From the NCBI GenBank assembly GCA_002633005.1, contig NMRA01000660.1, positions 1-64,000 on the forward strand: 64,000 nt of DNA. The letters are read 5' to 3'. The notes beneath the pieces are model-generated. The model was not told the origin of the DNA. It was given only the letters and a program-made list of their open reading frames with translations, and did no database searches. The translations under genes were made by a program, and so were the position numbers. Position 1 is the stretch's first letter. Each line of letters starts with the position of its first letter. Positions 14,301-27,525 of the stretch are shown piece by piece. This DNA is from Phoronis australis (Eukaryota; Animalia; Phoronida).

Positions 14301-17300
14301 TTCTAGAGAATCCTGTTGACAATAGTGGCAACAATGCTTACGCGAATGTGGCGTTTGCGAGCTCAAGTCTGCAACTTTCCCACCCACCCCCATGTGAGCC
14401 AGTGTACGAAGATTTCAACAAACCTATCAAAATTGAAGACTTAGTTTCGTATGTTGGGCGAGCGTTCGGTGACGACACAGTTGTGAGGGAATACGAGGTA
14501 TAGTAAGGCTTTTGTGTTAAGTTGCTTTTTCATCCACTCGTTTGCTTTCACGATGTGTTGCAAATTAAGAAGTTTATACGTTGCAAAGTTTTGGCAAACG
14601 TCATTTTAATTCCTCACTCTCAACAGTTCAAACGGCAAAAATATACTTAATGGGAAATGCTTTACTTTTCTCGGAATTCTGGTCGGGGTTGTTCGGGACA
14701 TTGTTTCTTGTATTCTTCAAACATAAACACGGCAGTTTAAAGTTCCATGCCATTTTTGCCCAAACAGCAATTAACTCGCTCTGAAGTCTTCTCTCTTGAC
14801 TGCAGTGCTAAGCTGCCTGCTCCTAAATCTCGGTCAAAGATACGTCTTCCGTAGAAGCCTCGTCTTTCCCAGACTATTACGTTTTGTTGAACAGATACCC
14901 TGTTATTTACAGTTTGGTGGGAGAGTTATAAAGACCAACTTGCGAAGACGAAAACGGCTTCCGTCCTCACTTCACTTTAATTTGAGAAGAGAATCATTTG
15001 ATTGTCTTAACTTCATATGCAACTATGTAGAAATTCGAACCAATGTTGGTGCCTCCTCTAGTTTTTTTTTTGTTTGTTGTGCCATTGAACAACTTCAAAT
15101 GGTTTTCACCGAAAGAAAAGTACTACAGAAGGGTTCACGTCGAATGGGGAGAACTAATTTGCCCAACGCAACGGAAATATCACATTTTATGTGTTTAATG
15201 TTGAGCAAATACCATTTATCCTAATGAACCAGACCTCAATGTACTGTTTGTAATAAGCACTGTGTTATCCTACGCTGTTATTTGGTGATTCGTTCCTGAA
15301 TGAAGAAATTTTATATCTTCCTCCTGCTGTCTTCAGATGACCGTTGTTGTGATCATAATGTGGTGTAAATGACGTTGAATGTTTGTTGATATTTTACAGA
15401 GCCTACCGAATGAACACATCTTCCCCCATAACGCCGGCTCTAAGGAAAAGAACAAGGAGAAGAATCGCTTCAAGAACATTTTGACATGTAATTTATAAAT
15501 ATACCAGTAGTGTTAGTGTACTGTTTCTTACTCCAGAATATAACTTTGTTGATCTGAGAGAAATACATCTTGGAGATCATGTCGCTCTCTATATTGAAGG
15601 GGACACACGTCATTACCTGCTTCCACATCGGTTGTGATTGCTGCTCTTGAAATAGACATGTCTAAATTTTGTTTTAGCCTTATTACCATTTACTCACTTT
15701 AATCTAATGAAAAAAATTCACTGTAGCATGGAAAAATCTAACTTTAAAGAACCGGAGCAAGCGTATTACAAAGTCTACTTATTCGAGTAACGTGGCACCA
15801 GATAATCATCACCAGCAGGAAACGATCGCCCATGTCAAACAAGTTGTCAGCTTTGTGACATAAATGGTGTTGGAACCTAACGTGCCTCGCGCGGGAGATA
15901 TTAACCACGCAGTAGTATGTGATAGAGTCAGCTTGTCTGAAATGTAGTGTTTGCGAAATGAATTAGAGGACGGCTCAGTAAGATCGACTTGAACATTTTC
16001 TTTTAACTTACACACCCTCACCTCTATCAGTGACTGCAGTTATTTCTGGACTATCATTTGTAGATGACAAGAACCGTGTTGTTCTTGAAACTCTGCCACA
16101 CGATGCCAACTCAGACTACATTAACGCCAGCTATATCGATGCTTACAACAGCCCGAAGGCGTTCATAGCAACAATTGGTAAGGATATGACGAAGAGTTTC
16201 CTTTTAATTAACACTATGCATTTTGATTTTAAACCAATGATTAAGCGTCTTCTAAGCTTAGAAATCTGACTGTTCTTTTGTACAATAACTGAAAAATCTT
16301 GTCTGTCTTCACAAAATAATGTGTATTGTGCATGAAGAGTAGAGTACGTCTGTAAAGACCTTGTCATTAAATTGAGTAAATTTGAACTAAGACGACTATC
16401 ATTTCCTTCATTTTTATTGATTAAGAATGTAAAATGAGAAAAGTCAAAGGATGTTCCCAAAATGTGATTGTTTCTCACATTACAACCTATAGTTGCATTT
16501 CTTACTATCGATTTCATAAAAGTGTTCAGTGTTTTCGTCAACAAAGTCCAGTTATGCAATAGAAGGAAGACACACATCAAATCGAATGGCCATTTCTCGA
16601 TGACGTATCCCCATAAATTCTATGGGAAGAAAAAAAATAAACGTAAACTCTGAACAAAAACTGTTTGCTTTGAAAAAATTAAATTCTTCTCATGAAGGTT
16701 TACCTAAAATGAAGAGGAGATAGTATATTGAAAATGAGTGTTGGTGCTCTGATTCGTACCTCTGTTCGTTTGCTTATTGTAGGTCCCAACAAACACACTG
16801 TGGACGACTTTTGGAGAATGATATGGCAAGAAGGAGTGAGAAGGATCGTCATGGTAACAAAGTGTGTTGAAGACGGCAAGGTAAGCACTAGATGATTTCT
16901 CCTTTTTGAATCATCAATTGATTATATAGAATGTTGACAATGGAAACTTCATTAGAAATCCTACATAGAAATCCTGAAAACTTTTGTTGAGCGTTGATCC
17001 ACTGCATCTCAATGCTTGTATTATATGATGTTGGTCAATTCTTCTGCTGAAAGCAAAAATTGCACTTTAAATGCAGTAGTCGAAAAAAGGGGAAATGTAT
17101 TAAAAGTCTTTATTCATAATTTTCATTATGTTTGAGCAAACCTTGTAAGAAAGTTATGTCACAGTTCTTTAAATCCGAAAAACAATCTCATAAAAGATTT
17201 CTATCAACCTGACGTCCTGACTGGCAACACATCTAGCTTACTTGCTACGGTTGATGTACTGTAAATATTATCACTGTAGCGCAAGTGTGAGCAGTACTGG

Positions 17301-20300
17301 CCTGTAAATACGGCGATAACACACGGTGATATCAAGGTGGTCCCTGTTGATATTGAAAGAGAGGACCATTACACCATAAGGAAATTTGAAATAGTTCAGG
17401 TATATAAGTGAAAGCTCATAATGTACTTAGCATGGCCGTTACCTTTAAAATAATTTGTACTCAAGTGCATGATTCATAATCTATAACACTTACTTCTTAA
17501 ATGCTCCTATTGATGTAAAATATATTCTAAAAACAATGTAAATATATATGTAATCTTGAGACAAGCCACAACTCATAAAAATTCAACTTCTACAAATTAC
17601 ATTCGCAATTTGGAAACAGCTGGAAACGAAAGCTGAGCCGCTGGAGACCACCCAGTACCACTTCACGTCCTGGCCAGACAGCGGAGTTCCCAGCAACTCT
17701 TCCGCTCTGTGGAAGTTCCACCAAACCGTCAAAAGCCACATCCAAGACGATAATGACGGTGTACCGACCGTGGTTCACTGCAGGTATTTTCAACATGCGT
17801 TACAGCTCGATAGAACGTCTCCCGATTTGTATGTATCCATAATACCTGAATTACGCAGTTTGTTCATCAAATCGCTATGAACCGTTTTCAATGAGAGGGG
17901 GGGGGGTCTCAAATGCGGAAACACGTTGCCGTATTTTTAGTCCATCGACATAAATTTTCTCAACAGAAGATCGTCAGCCCCCGCAACTTTCGGGCCGTAC
18001 ACATACAATTGCGCTTTGTCCAATTTCCCCGAGGATNCACATACAATTGCGCTTTGCCCAATTCCCCGAGGATGTTGGGCCACCCTGTTGTGGTATCCTA
18101 GATCTGCCATTGCGGTAACATTTTTGCTTACTGCTGTACAGCAAGATGTTGACCCAAATTTTTGTTGCGTCCAACCCCTCACGTTAAGAATATCTCCATT
18201 CCATTCTGGAATGCTAAATGATTGTTTTAGAGAACAAATAGATTATAAAAAACTGTTCTTTGCAGGTTTTAGGCTTTATAAAGTGACTTTTCCTCACCGA
18301 TGAACGGATATAAACAAAAGCCGAAACAATTGAGAGCTTCTACCACACATTTTAAAAAAAGTGAACGTGAATGCGTGAAGTCGACCTTCTTTGCTTACTA
18401 CGTTACAATAATGACCTAAATTTTCGCGTTTTGTCTTGTCATACGCACAGGCGTCCCAGCTTATGATAGTCTCCAATCCGATACATTATATATATACTAC
18501 AAGGTATGACACTTGGGACTAGGAATTTCCACTGGTGCGTCACTTCAACCGTCCATATCAAACACAAAACTTAACAAATTGACACAAAACTGGTTCAGCA
18601 AACCATGAGGAATTTTTCTTTCTTCTAATAGCAATTACGGTGTCCTGCTCTACTGCAACATATTCGCAGTCAAAAAACAAAAATCTTCCTAAAAAGCCGC
18701 TGCTTAGTGTCAGTGTGCCCCACGGAAATTAACGATTGTCACGGAAGGTCAATACATCGATAACTCTACACTTATTCATAACCTTCCGAGATAAACCGGC
18801 AATTGCCATCCTTCCGTAACTCACTGGATAATTTCCCTAACAACTAGCGTGGGCAAATTGACAGTACACAGCAGTCTTTTGGGAAGAATTTTGTTCTTTG
18901 TAAGCGAATTTGATGCAAACTCGCTGCAGCAGGACACTGTAAAAGCTAACAGAAGAAAGAACAATTGCTCATGGTTTGCTGACCATTTTTGTGTAAATTT
19001 ATTTAGTTATGTGTTTGATATGGACGGCTGAAGTAAAGCACCGGTAAAATGACTAGCTGTTCTGGCATAGACGTAAACTCTATTCGAATGCTTTTGTTAT
19101 ATGCTTTTCTTAAATTATCATCCGTATCTAATATGAACACGACAACGCCCAGTAGCTTCAAGTCATCAAACAGCGCCAAATCGAACAGATTATTGTCTGT
19201 GATTTGGTCATTGACTTCAGCGCCACCACTAAAGTGGGCGTGCGTGTAGCCGAAACAAAAAACGTAACACAACGAACACGTGAGCATGAACCTGCGACTC
19301 ACACGTTCGCACTTGCATTAAACTTGTAGCCGAAAGTCTATTAATAAGTGGTACCGTGAACATGTAAAAGTTTAGTTGAGGTATGCTGCAGGGGAGACTT
19401 CGCAGGGAAGTTAGTTTCATCGTTGTAACAGTTTCATGTCAACTTCTTGCAGTGCCGGCGTTGGTCGAACTGGTACTTTCATCATGATGGACATTCTGTG
19501 CGATCAAGCAGAGGCAGAAGGAGCAATTGACGTTATGGGCCAACTTAGGCAACTGCGCCAGCAGCGAGTGAATATGGTCCAAACGCTAGTATGTGCAAAC
19601 GCAGTGTTCAGAATTGGCACATCAATTCCATTTTCCGAAATGTATCTAGTGCCTGCATGTTAAAACTTGAGATTTTAAATAATATAGAGGTTGCTGGAGA
19701 AAAATTAGAGAAAAGGTGAATTGGAACGTGTTTAGTTATCTCTGGGAATAATTAATGAAATGGCATTTTTGGAATAGACAAATAGCCAAAGCAACACTTT
19801 AACGCAAGGAAGAACCAGATTTGGATATTTTGCGCTATATCATATTATATTACCATAACTTGGTTTCGCAACAAAAGAAAAAACTTAATTAATCAGCATA
19901 AGAAAATATTTGCAGGTGATCTTGTACACGTTTAGGGAAGTCTGTTACTAGCTAACGCATGCGCAGTTTACACCTTTGCTTGTACTTACCTTACACGTGC
20001 GCGTTAGGCAAAATTTTATATTGATGCGGCTTCCGATTCCCGAGTTAATGAATGGACACAATACATTCACAATATGAAGTCAATTATCGCGTAATTCAAT
20101 CGTCCACTTGACCTCTCTACTAACTTGTACACGAGAATGATTGACAAGCTGCGAATTGACCAAATTTTGAGGGAATTGCAAGGGGTTCATTTCCACAGCG
20201 ATGTCAATGTTTGACAAGGAATGTCGGTCAGCATACACTTCATGCCAATCATATGGCTTGGGTTCAAGCGCCTTTCAGGGTTAACTGAGATGCATTCAGT

Positions 20301-23300
20301 AGTCGTGTAAACTCGTCCTGGAACGCAGTAACCCGCTACAAGATAGATTTACAAGTAAATGAGTCTACGCGAGCGCGATGACGTGTAAAACCCGCTCACG
20401 TTACCGACTGACAGACTTGGAATTCCATACACTTTGTTAAAACTGAGCCGACAAGCTCGAAACCTGAGTCAAGGGTTAAGCAGTGTGGCCACGTTTGACT
20501 CGAATCGACGACCTCGAGTAAAGAAAGCGGGCACCTGTCACATCAGGTCACACTGCCTAATCACCGAAACCAGCTGATCGTTTGGGCTAAAGAAAAACAT
20601 CGCGCGCGCAATGGATGGCGGGAACTCAAGCCGTCGACACAGATGTCTAGTCATTATTTAGAAGGATGGATGGATATCCGACAAATTGCTAGTCTGGTTG
20701 CACACATTTTAGTTAGTTATTTTCTATCTGTAAAAGGACCACCGTATTGCATTTTTGTTATATATTGTCCTCATTTTGGTCACGTGATTGTCATTATCGA
20801 GTTTCCCTTCACCTAGTCTATTCAAATCATATCGACTTGACGAAGAAAAACTGAGCAGTGCTAATGTTGGAAGACGAAAGCAGTTGTTTCGTGAAACAAA
20901 CACTTTCTAGTTATTCTTAGATTACTGTGAATATTTGTAGAGCAAGCGAGCGTTTTTGAAAATAGTGCTAATGTTGAAGAGATGTAACCATTTCTGTCAA
21001 TAACCAATCCTACAAAAACAATGACAAGTACATTGGGCCTACTAGTGCTGCGACCACAAAATTTATCTAACATTTTCACATTAGGACCAGTACAAGTTCA
21101 TCTACACCGCCATGGTAGAGAAATTGCACAGTGGCGACACCTTCATTCCAACGGCTAAGTTTGTGTCTCGTCTGAAGGAACTCACGTTCACCGATAGTAT
21201 TCTCCAGAAAGAGTTCAGGGTGAGTCTCGGTCCGCCATTGCGTTATTCTGGTGCACAAACGCCCCGGAGGTATCCATAATTATCTTGTAAAGAACAGAAA
21301 TCTAATTTGATTTTGTTAATCAGAAGAGCAAGGACTTATTTTTCAGGCATCCATACTTAAACGTATGGATGCCTGCAAAAAAGTTAGACACCTGTGTTTT
21401 TAAGAAACATTTGATTTGTTGCTTAGCTCAAAACGGACTGCACCCCTATACTTTCCCGCCTAGCAATTTACTGAACGCTCTATGATTTGCATGCTTATGA
21501 ATTTAAATACATGCAGCCTTTGTCATTTTTTTATTTTGAACTTCAATTTCTGTATATGAATCCAGAAGATTAGTTTGCCCTGTTACTAGAGGTTTGAAGT
21601 TAAGAGTAACACGGCTGGAACTGATTCACTTGCATTGTAGACAGTAAACCGCTTGTGTCATGCCGGTGACGATGAAGAATACGCCGCAGGACGGTTAAAA
21701 GAAAACGTTCCTAAGAACAGAGACCAACATATTCTTCCGCGTGAGTACTTTGATGTTGGATATCTAAAACAGGCATTGTACCAAACTAATCAACAACTTG
21801 ATAAATTCACCGGCTTCGTTTGTGTTGAATCGATGCTTTCGTTCTTACTTGGGATACAAATTCTCACGTATAAATATATTGAATATCATTTCAGTGGGAA
21901 GGTCAAGGCCGTATTTGGTGACTGCGGCAGAAAAAGGCGGAAACGATTATATTAATGCTGTATTTGTCAATGTAAGTACTGCGTCAATGTAAACACCGTA
22001 TCAATGTAAGTACCGTGTCAATGTAAGTACCGGGCCAAAGTAAGTACAGTTTCAATGTAAGTACCGTGTCAATGTAAGTACCGTGCCAAAGTAAGTACAG
22101 TTTCAATGTAAGTACCGTGTCAATGTAAGTACCGTGTCAATGTAAGTACCGTGTCAATGTAAGTACCGTGTCAATGTAAGTACCGTGTCAATGTAAGTAC
22201 CGTGTCAATGTAAGTACCGTGCCAATTAAGTACAGTGTCAATGTAAGTACTGTGTCAATGTTAGTACCGTGTCAATGTTAGTACCGTGTCAATGTAAGTA
22301 TCGTGTCAAGGTAAGTACCGTGTCAATGTAAGTACTGTGCCAATGTAAGCACTGTGCCAATGTAAGTGCTGTGTTAATGTAAGTACTGTGTCAATGTTGG
22401 ATGTCGTTACGTCAGTGTTAACCGTCTCTATTTGAAATGCACTGGCTGCTTTATAACTAAAATGATTACTTTCATATATGTCATTTCTTTTTCGTCCAAC
22501 TTGTGCCATTTGGACACGTGACAAATTACACGAGTTGCCTGCATTCGTTATAGTCACTTACATGGGTCTCTGATGTTGAGAACCAGTATCCTACACTAAA
22601 TAACTGGCATCTAACTTGTTGTAAAATCCGCGAACCTTGACTTTGACTAGCCCCAGTTGAACGTTTTTAAGACTTGTTTCAGCCGTATCACTGAGTCTAT
22701 ATACAGATTACACTGCTGACCAGAAATGCAACTGGCTGTGTAATATATGGGCTACAGATATTCATTGCACGAGGAAGTCGTACCCATAGTAATGACTTCC
22801 TGATTGCACGTGTAAATTATTAGGTAAAACAACTTATAAACGCATGGAAATGCATGAAATGCCTGCACTAATAAATAGTCTTACATTAAGGGAACAGCTA
22901 TTCCATTGGTGTGACTCTCGACAAGTAATTCAGTGGTCTGTTTAACTAAGTAGTCGCAGCCAGTCTCCTTGCCATCAGGGAAGAATTTATTTAGCGGAGT
23001 GGGATGCTGCCTTAAGCTGTTGTAGACTTTTCGGCAAGTTAAGAGTCCTGAACACGGATGAAAATTTCCCCATGTTTCTCCGGAAATGTGTCTTAGACAA
23101 TACAGCAAACAGAGAGGTGGTGAATATAATGGAGACTGTTCTTCTGTTTTTCATACGTTGATTGAAAGATGCTACATGTGCAAATACACCTGTCCATCAC
23201 AAAACTAACACTTGATCACATTCTGTGGTGAAAGTGTGACTTAATGAAATTAATTAATTAGGTATTTCAGAGAACTGACTGTTGCTTGAGTTCAGTCTCC

Positions 23301-26300
23301 ACAAGTTGGTTTGTCACGGCGTATCATGTTTTGCGCCGATCATGGGTCAACGAGTGGTGATTGGAGCTGTCAGTTATTTGCAAACTCCCGCTTCGTGTCT
23401 GATTAAGGGATGCGTTGCTTTCTTTACCAAAATAAATAGTGATACCAGAATATTAGAACTTTTTAACGTTCGCATATATTTATCAGAAGCGGTTCTACAA
23501 TATTTCCGTTTGCTATCGTTTCAGGGATATAATCAACGCGATGCCTTCATCGTAACACAAAGTCCGTTACCCAACACCGTTTGTGATTTCTGGAGGATGA
23601 TTCACGATCACGAATGTCACGTTATTGTCATGTTGAACGATGCCAAAGGAAAAGATCATGTGAGATTCGTTGCAGATTGCTGATTGTGCACGCCCTCTGT
23701 AAAGAGCATAGCACTTGATGTTACCTTAAAGTTGTCGATTAAATAATCGATTTCTAATATTTTCTTTATTCCAAAAAAGTTGCAAAAATGTCATTTGTAA
23801 GCCTCCTTATGACTGGCCACATATCGATCGAACTCCGAGTCTTAGCACGAGCGGACTATTATGGGATAAGCAGAAGTGATTGGGGTTTTGTTGATGCCGT
23901 TTTAGTTGGCGCTACCGATCGTCGCCCGACGGTCATCCAATATGACCATTTTTCTGCGGTAACCGCATTTAATAGACATTGTAAGCTTCACGTAACCAAG
24001 GCATAACGGGAAGCAAAACCAGTCCTGTAATAAGTCCCTACGAAGAGATCACCTGTCTAAGTTTAGTTTTTATATTTCCTTATTTCAGAAATCCCCTCAA
24101 TACTGGCCAGATGAAGGAACGATGCTTTTCGAGCGTTATGAGATTAAATTCGTTGGTTCCAGATGTCACCACAATGACGTCATTAAGCAGAGAACTTTCA
24201 CTTTGACTGACACTATGAAAAAGGTATGTCACTACAGCTGTGTCCATGACGTGCGTCATCTCGGGTTTAGGCGCCAGCGTCGATTATTCACATACACATA
24301 CAAAGGAATTGTGAAGAGTGTGTGGTCATCTGACATGGCGAGGACAGTATTGAAAGAGCTCTAATTTCCCTTAATTCTCCTTGCCTAACAGGAACCGTAA
24401 GTGTCGAGTGACAGAAAGTCATTATGCACTCTTATCACGCTTGTATTTTTAGTCTTACGTTCTTTGCAACTGCTACATTGCTTGTCACAAAATTCTCGTT
24501 CTGTAGTCTAATTTCCTAACTGCGAATCGAAATTGTGATTGACTTTAACTCTACTTCCCTGAAACGATTAAGATTAAGTGTTTGTTACTCTGTGGCTTAG
24601 TGTGTCACGGTTCACACAGATGATTGTTTAGTCCAGCCACAAAACACAAGAAATAATGAAGTACCGAGTAAAAATGGACATCAGAGTTTCAAACTCATAC
24701 GCATGTAGCTTTATTTCTGCTGTGATAAAAAACAATCTGGAATCAGACAGTCATCTACGTGAATCATAACTCACTCCTGTACTTTTCTTAAAAAGAAAAG
24801 TGGAAACTGTTAAAAATGAAATTCGATATTGAGTAGAATACAGAGGTCATAGCACGTTGACTGGACTGGAATTTACTTTTAACATGCATTTGTACCCACC
24901 ATTTTATTTTCGTAGTGATTTCACGATGAGATAAAGCCTATCTTTGTGAGAGCCCAGCCTTTATGCCTACACATTGTGGATTCTGACTGTTCTATTAGTT
25001 TGCACTATGTAAACCATTATCTCTCCAAAACTATTCGTAGGACTACGATGAATACTGTATGCCAGTTGTTTAACCAGGAAATTAGTCAAGGTGACCCAAA
25101 GACAACACAAGAACAGTGTCATTTTCAAGCGTGCACCCACGGGGGCTCGGGGGACTCAAATGACCCCCCATTTCGCGAAGTGAGCAAAAAGGTCAGCCTC
25201 AGACACACAAAGAGTCCGAAACAATAGAAAACGAGACAAACGTCCACAAAAAAGGCAGATGGACAACTCAAACCTCTGAACCTAGCCATTTTTTAGTAAA
25301 AGGTCCACATTCTCACAAATTACAGCCTCCCTTTTTTAGGATGGGTGTGCGCATGATTTTTAAAGATGAGACTGTGAGTCTCCGAATCTATTTCGATGCC
25401 AAATTAATTTCTGAAGACTGCACAGTACCGATATGCTGGTTTACTTGTTTTTCCTGTCAATTATTTCACAACCGCAAACAATTTAGAATATAATAGAATA
25501 GAATGGAATATAAAAGAGTAGGATGGTTTTTATATAATTGTTACACAATGAAGTGAAAACATAAACCAAGGATTTTCCACAGACCATCATAGTTACGGAA
25601 AATAAGAGGAATAAATATAAGAAATAATATGATAAACCGAACTAAAATAGACTCTCCTGGGGTTCCCCACCGAATAGATAAAATGGGACAATATTGTCAT
25701 TTCGTTACATAACGTCTAACAAGGTGTCTATAGCCCTGAAGATGAAGTCCTACAAAACCTTGGGTTGAATTCCACTGTGCAGCTACACGAGAGCACCATG
25801 ACGTCGAGGGAAGAGTTAAAAAATCGCACCCCTTCTTGCCGAAGGTCTATTTCAAATGAGTCTTTGCTTTCAGCCAAACGACAGAGGTCGGACAATCAAA
25901 CATTTTGAAGTGAGAGGTTGGTCAAACAAACTGGCTGTACCACCAGCGGGTGTACAAAGTGCACTTATCGAGCTTCTTGAGATTGTGGAATCGGCTCGAC
26001 ACCAAACTGGAGAGCATGCTGTCGCAGTGCAATGTTTGTGAGTAATGTTGATACCTTACATCAGAGTCATTGCATTAATTACAAATAAAACGCTTACCAG
26101 AAAGGTTAATGTGGTAGTCTAAACTCTGTACCCGGTACTGGACACGAAAATTGACCAGTTGTGCTGCACCTTCGAGTAATTTTGCAGATTAGTAGCCTGG
26201 TCGTGCGCGTGATTGCTGAAGTTTCGCTTATGAATCTAGATTCTAGACCTCGGTCTGCATTCCATGAAGACAGTTAATACACGAGTCCACGATTTCGTAT

Positions 26301-27525
26301 ACCATCTTGAATATATCATTAAGCGTATCAAACAAAGCAATTCTCGTACATGTAAGTTACCTATATAGGTGGACGGGAGAGTAACGAGGACATTTAAAAA
26401 ATAAAACTTTTCGAAAGATTTCTATTGTCAAAGTTCGTAACAATGCCATTCCGGACATGGCTACAAACTATGTTCCCTCCCCACTTATGCTACGCCGTAG
26501 TTTGCCTAAAGAGATGCCAATGTTTTGGGTAAAAATCGGTATATTTGAAAGGTTGCCCCCGTTTTCAAGAAGTCCACCCCGGGATCCGTATTTATGTCTT
26601 TAAATGTTTTAAATTGATATCATCATGCAATTATAATTGTACATTATAAATGTCACCAATTAGCACTGTATTAATAGTCCATCAGTGCCGAGGTTCGGAT
26701 AAAAACTAATGTCACAAATAATCTATAAGCTCCTGTATCCAAACAAACCAACAATATTAACCTGCTGGTGGCATCAATTTCTTATCAAAGGTTTCTTATG
26801 AACTATTTTTAGAGAAACCTTCAAAAGTGTAAAATATGTTCACTCTACCTACGTGTAGTTTCTTCCCATGCCAGTGTGCTCGCGCTACGCATGCTCAACT
26901 CGAAACCGTGGACTCTTGCATATCGTGAAAAGTGAGACCGCGCAAGTCATCGTAAAATACCGCCATGCGGTTTCATACGTCTGTGTCTTGGAACTGCAGA
27001 ACTTGCCGCTGATTTTTACCGTTTTCACCGCTTCTTTGAAGGGACGGTTGTGCACGTAGCGGATATCTGTGTGCCCTTGCCAACTTGTTTGAGAAGATCA
27101 AAGTTGAAAAGGGCGTGGACGTGTTCCAGACTGTGAAGAAGATCAGATCTTCCCGGTGGCAGTTCATTGTTAACGTGGTAAGCTTTTGAATTTCAATGAA
27201 GTATAGGCTTAATAACAAGTAAATCCCATAAAATTAAAAATACTTTGGACGGTCTGACTGTGGCATTCGCACGCCCTGTTCCCCACGGTCGTGATTAGTT
27301 TATTTTTAAGTTGTAAAATGTAGTATGTAAACTGGAGAGGATTTGCAGACGAGCAGATTCTTTAAGCTCGTGGGTTAAAAGATTGAGAGGCCTGCCTCTG
27401 GTCAGTGTTCTACTCTACATGTGTATTAAAATAATTATTTATTTTTTCAGGCCCAATACACCTCGCTGTACCACATGGCAGAGAGATTCATCCAGTCTGT
27501 TGATCCCTATGCCAACTTTTCGTAG
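1..27525 (+). CDS. Receptor-type protein tyrosine phosphatase, 5'-incomplete (FN3 x>=3, membrane-proximal domain, TM, PTP D1, PTP D2, YANF tail)
   Basis: Spliced exons with GT/AG boundaries: <1-173, 929-1146, 1888-1954, 3129-3235, 5153-5327, 9847-9955, 10564-10825, 10974-11037, 11275-11377 (TM), 11963-12023, ~14307-14497, 15400-15487, 16064-16177, 16783-16880, 17280-17399, 17620-17783, 19453-19588, 21085-21219, 21641-21740, 21895-21971, 23525-23659, 24089-24223, 25874-26037, 27042-27177, 27451-27525 (TAG). Phases chain correctly except 12023->14307. Motifs [46 protein letters not shown]. Confidence 0.95.
4591..4748. repeat. Intronic minisatellite, ~6 units of 26-27 bp
   Basis: Unit ~GGACGTCTGACTAATAAGTGACCATAT, alternating GTGACC and GTCACG variants. 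Confidence 0.85.
6200..8465 (-). mobile_element. Decayed non-LTR retrotransposon (APE endonuclease + RT; RTE-X-like), internally deleted
   Basis: Broken ORFs: VETW...[15 protein letters not shown] (APE); [41 protein letters not shown] (RT); [35 protein letters not shown] (C-terminal region). Many stops and frameshifts; clade assignment is from motif memory. Confidence 0.88.
9847..11037 (+). other. RPTP membrane-proximal extracellular domain
   Basis: FYLVVV...YITANL...[30 protein letters not shown] matches the FxIGDGxxYGGYxNxxL motif typical of the juxtamembrane ectodomain of FN3-type RPTPs. Confidence 0.8.
11296..11685 (+). repeat. 193-bp tandem duplication containing the TM-coding segment and its splice donor
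   Basis: Copy 1 starts GATTATTAACGATAGG at 11296, copy 2 at 11489; both end their coding part with AG|GTAAGAGTGTCTGGAAG. Confidence 0.93.
12985..13800. mobile_element. Non-autonomous DNA element with long (~180 bp) degenerate inverted repeats
   Basis: 13006-13170 (GATTGCGATACAC...CACCTGCAAACACC...ATCGGACTCACAAAACACGA...CCGCCAAAC) is the reverse complement of ~13612-13779. Confidence 0.75.
15400..21219 (+). other. PTP D1 catalytic domain (7 exons)
   Basis: [72 protein letters not shown]; catalytic Cys, Arg, Asp and Gln are present. Confidence 0.93.
17975..18111 (-). mobile_element. Fragment of a CAGTGGCGGATC-type MITE family (related copies at 43686-43795 and 62726-62853)
   Basis: Shared sequence GG(T/C)GGATCTAGGATACC...CCTCGGGGAATTGG(G)CAAAG at the three loci. 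Confidence 0.7.
21641..27525 (+). other. PTP D2 (probable pseudophosphatase) and C-terminal tail
   Basis: [40 protein letters not shown]; WSNKL replaces WPD; P-loop QCLDGCARSG; ends DPYANFS*. Confidence 0.9.
21966..22397 (+). repeat. 17-bp minisatellite, ~25 copies, GTCAATGTAAGTACCGT
   Basis: Direct tandem array whose first unit spans the exon/intron junction at 21971/21972. Confidence 0.96.

Noticed and set aside
18000-18073. ~36-bp direct duplication
   Set aside because: The copies flank a single N (18037), typical of an unmerged contig overlap; probably an assembly artefact.
21966-22397. CRISPR-like array
   Set aside because: Head-to-tail repeats with no unique spacers, no cas genes and a eukaryotic intron context; the same applies to 4591-4748 and the 21-bp arrays.
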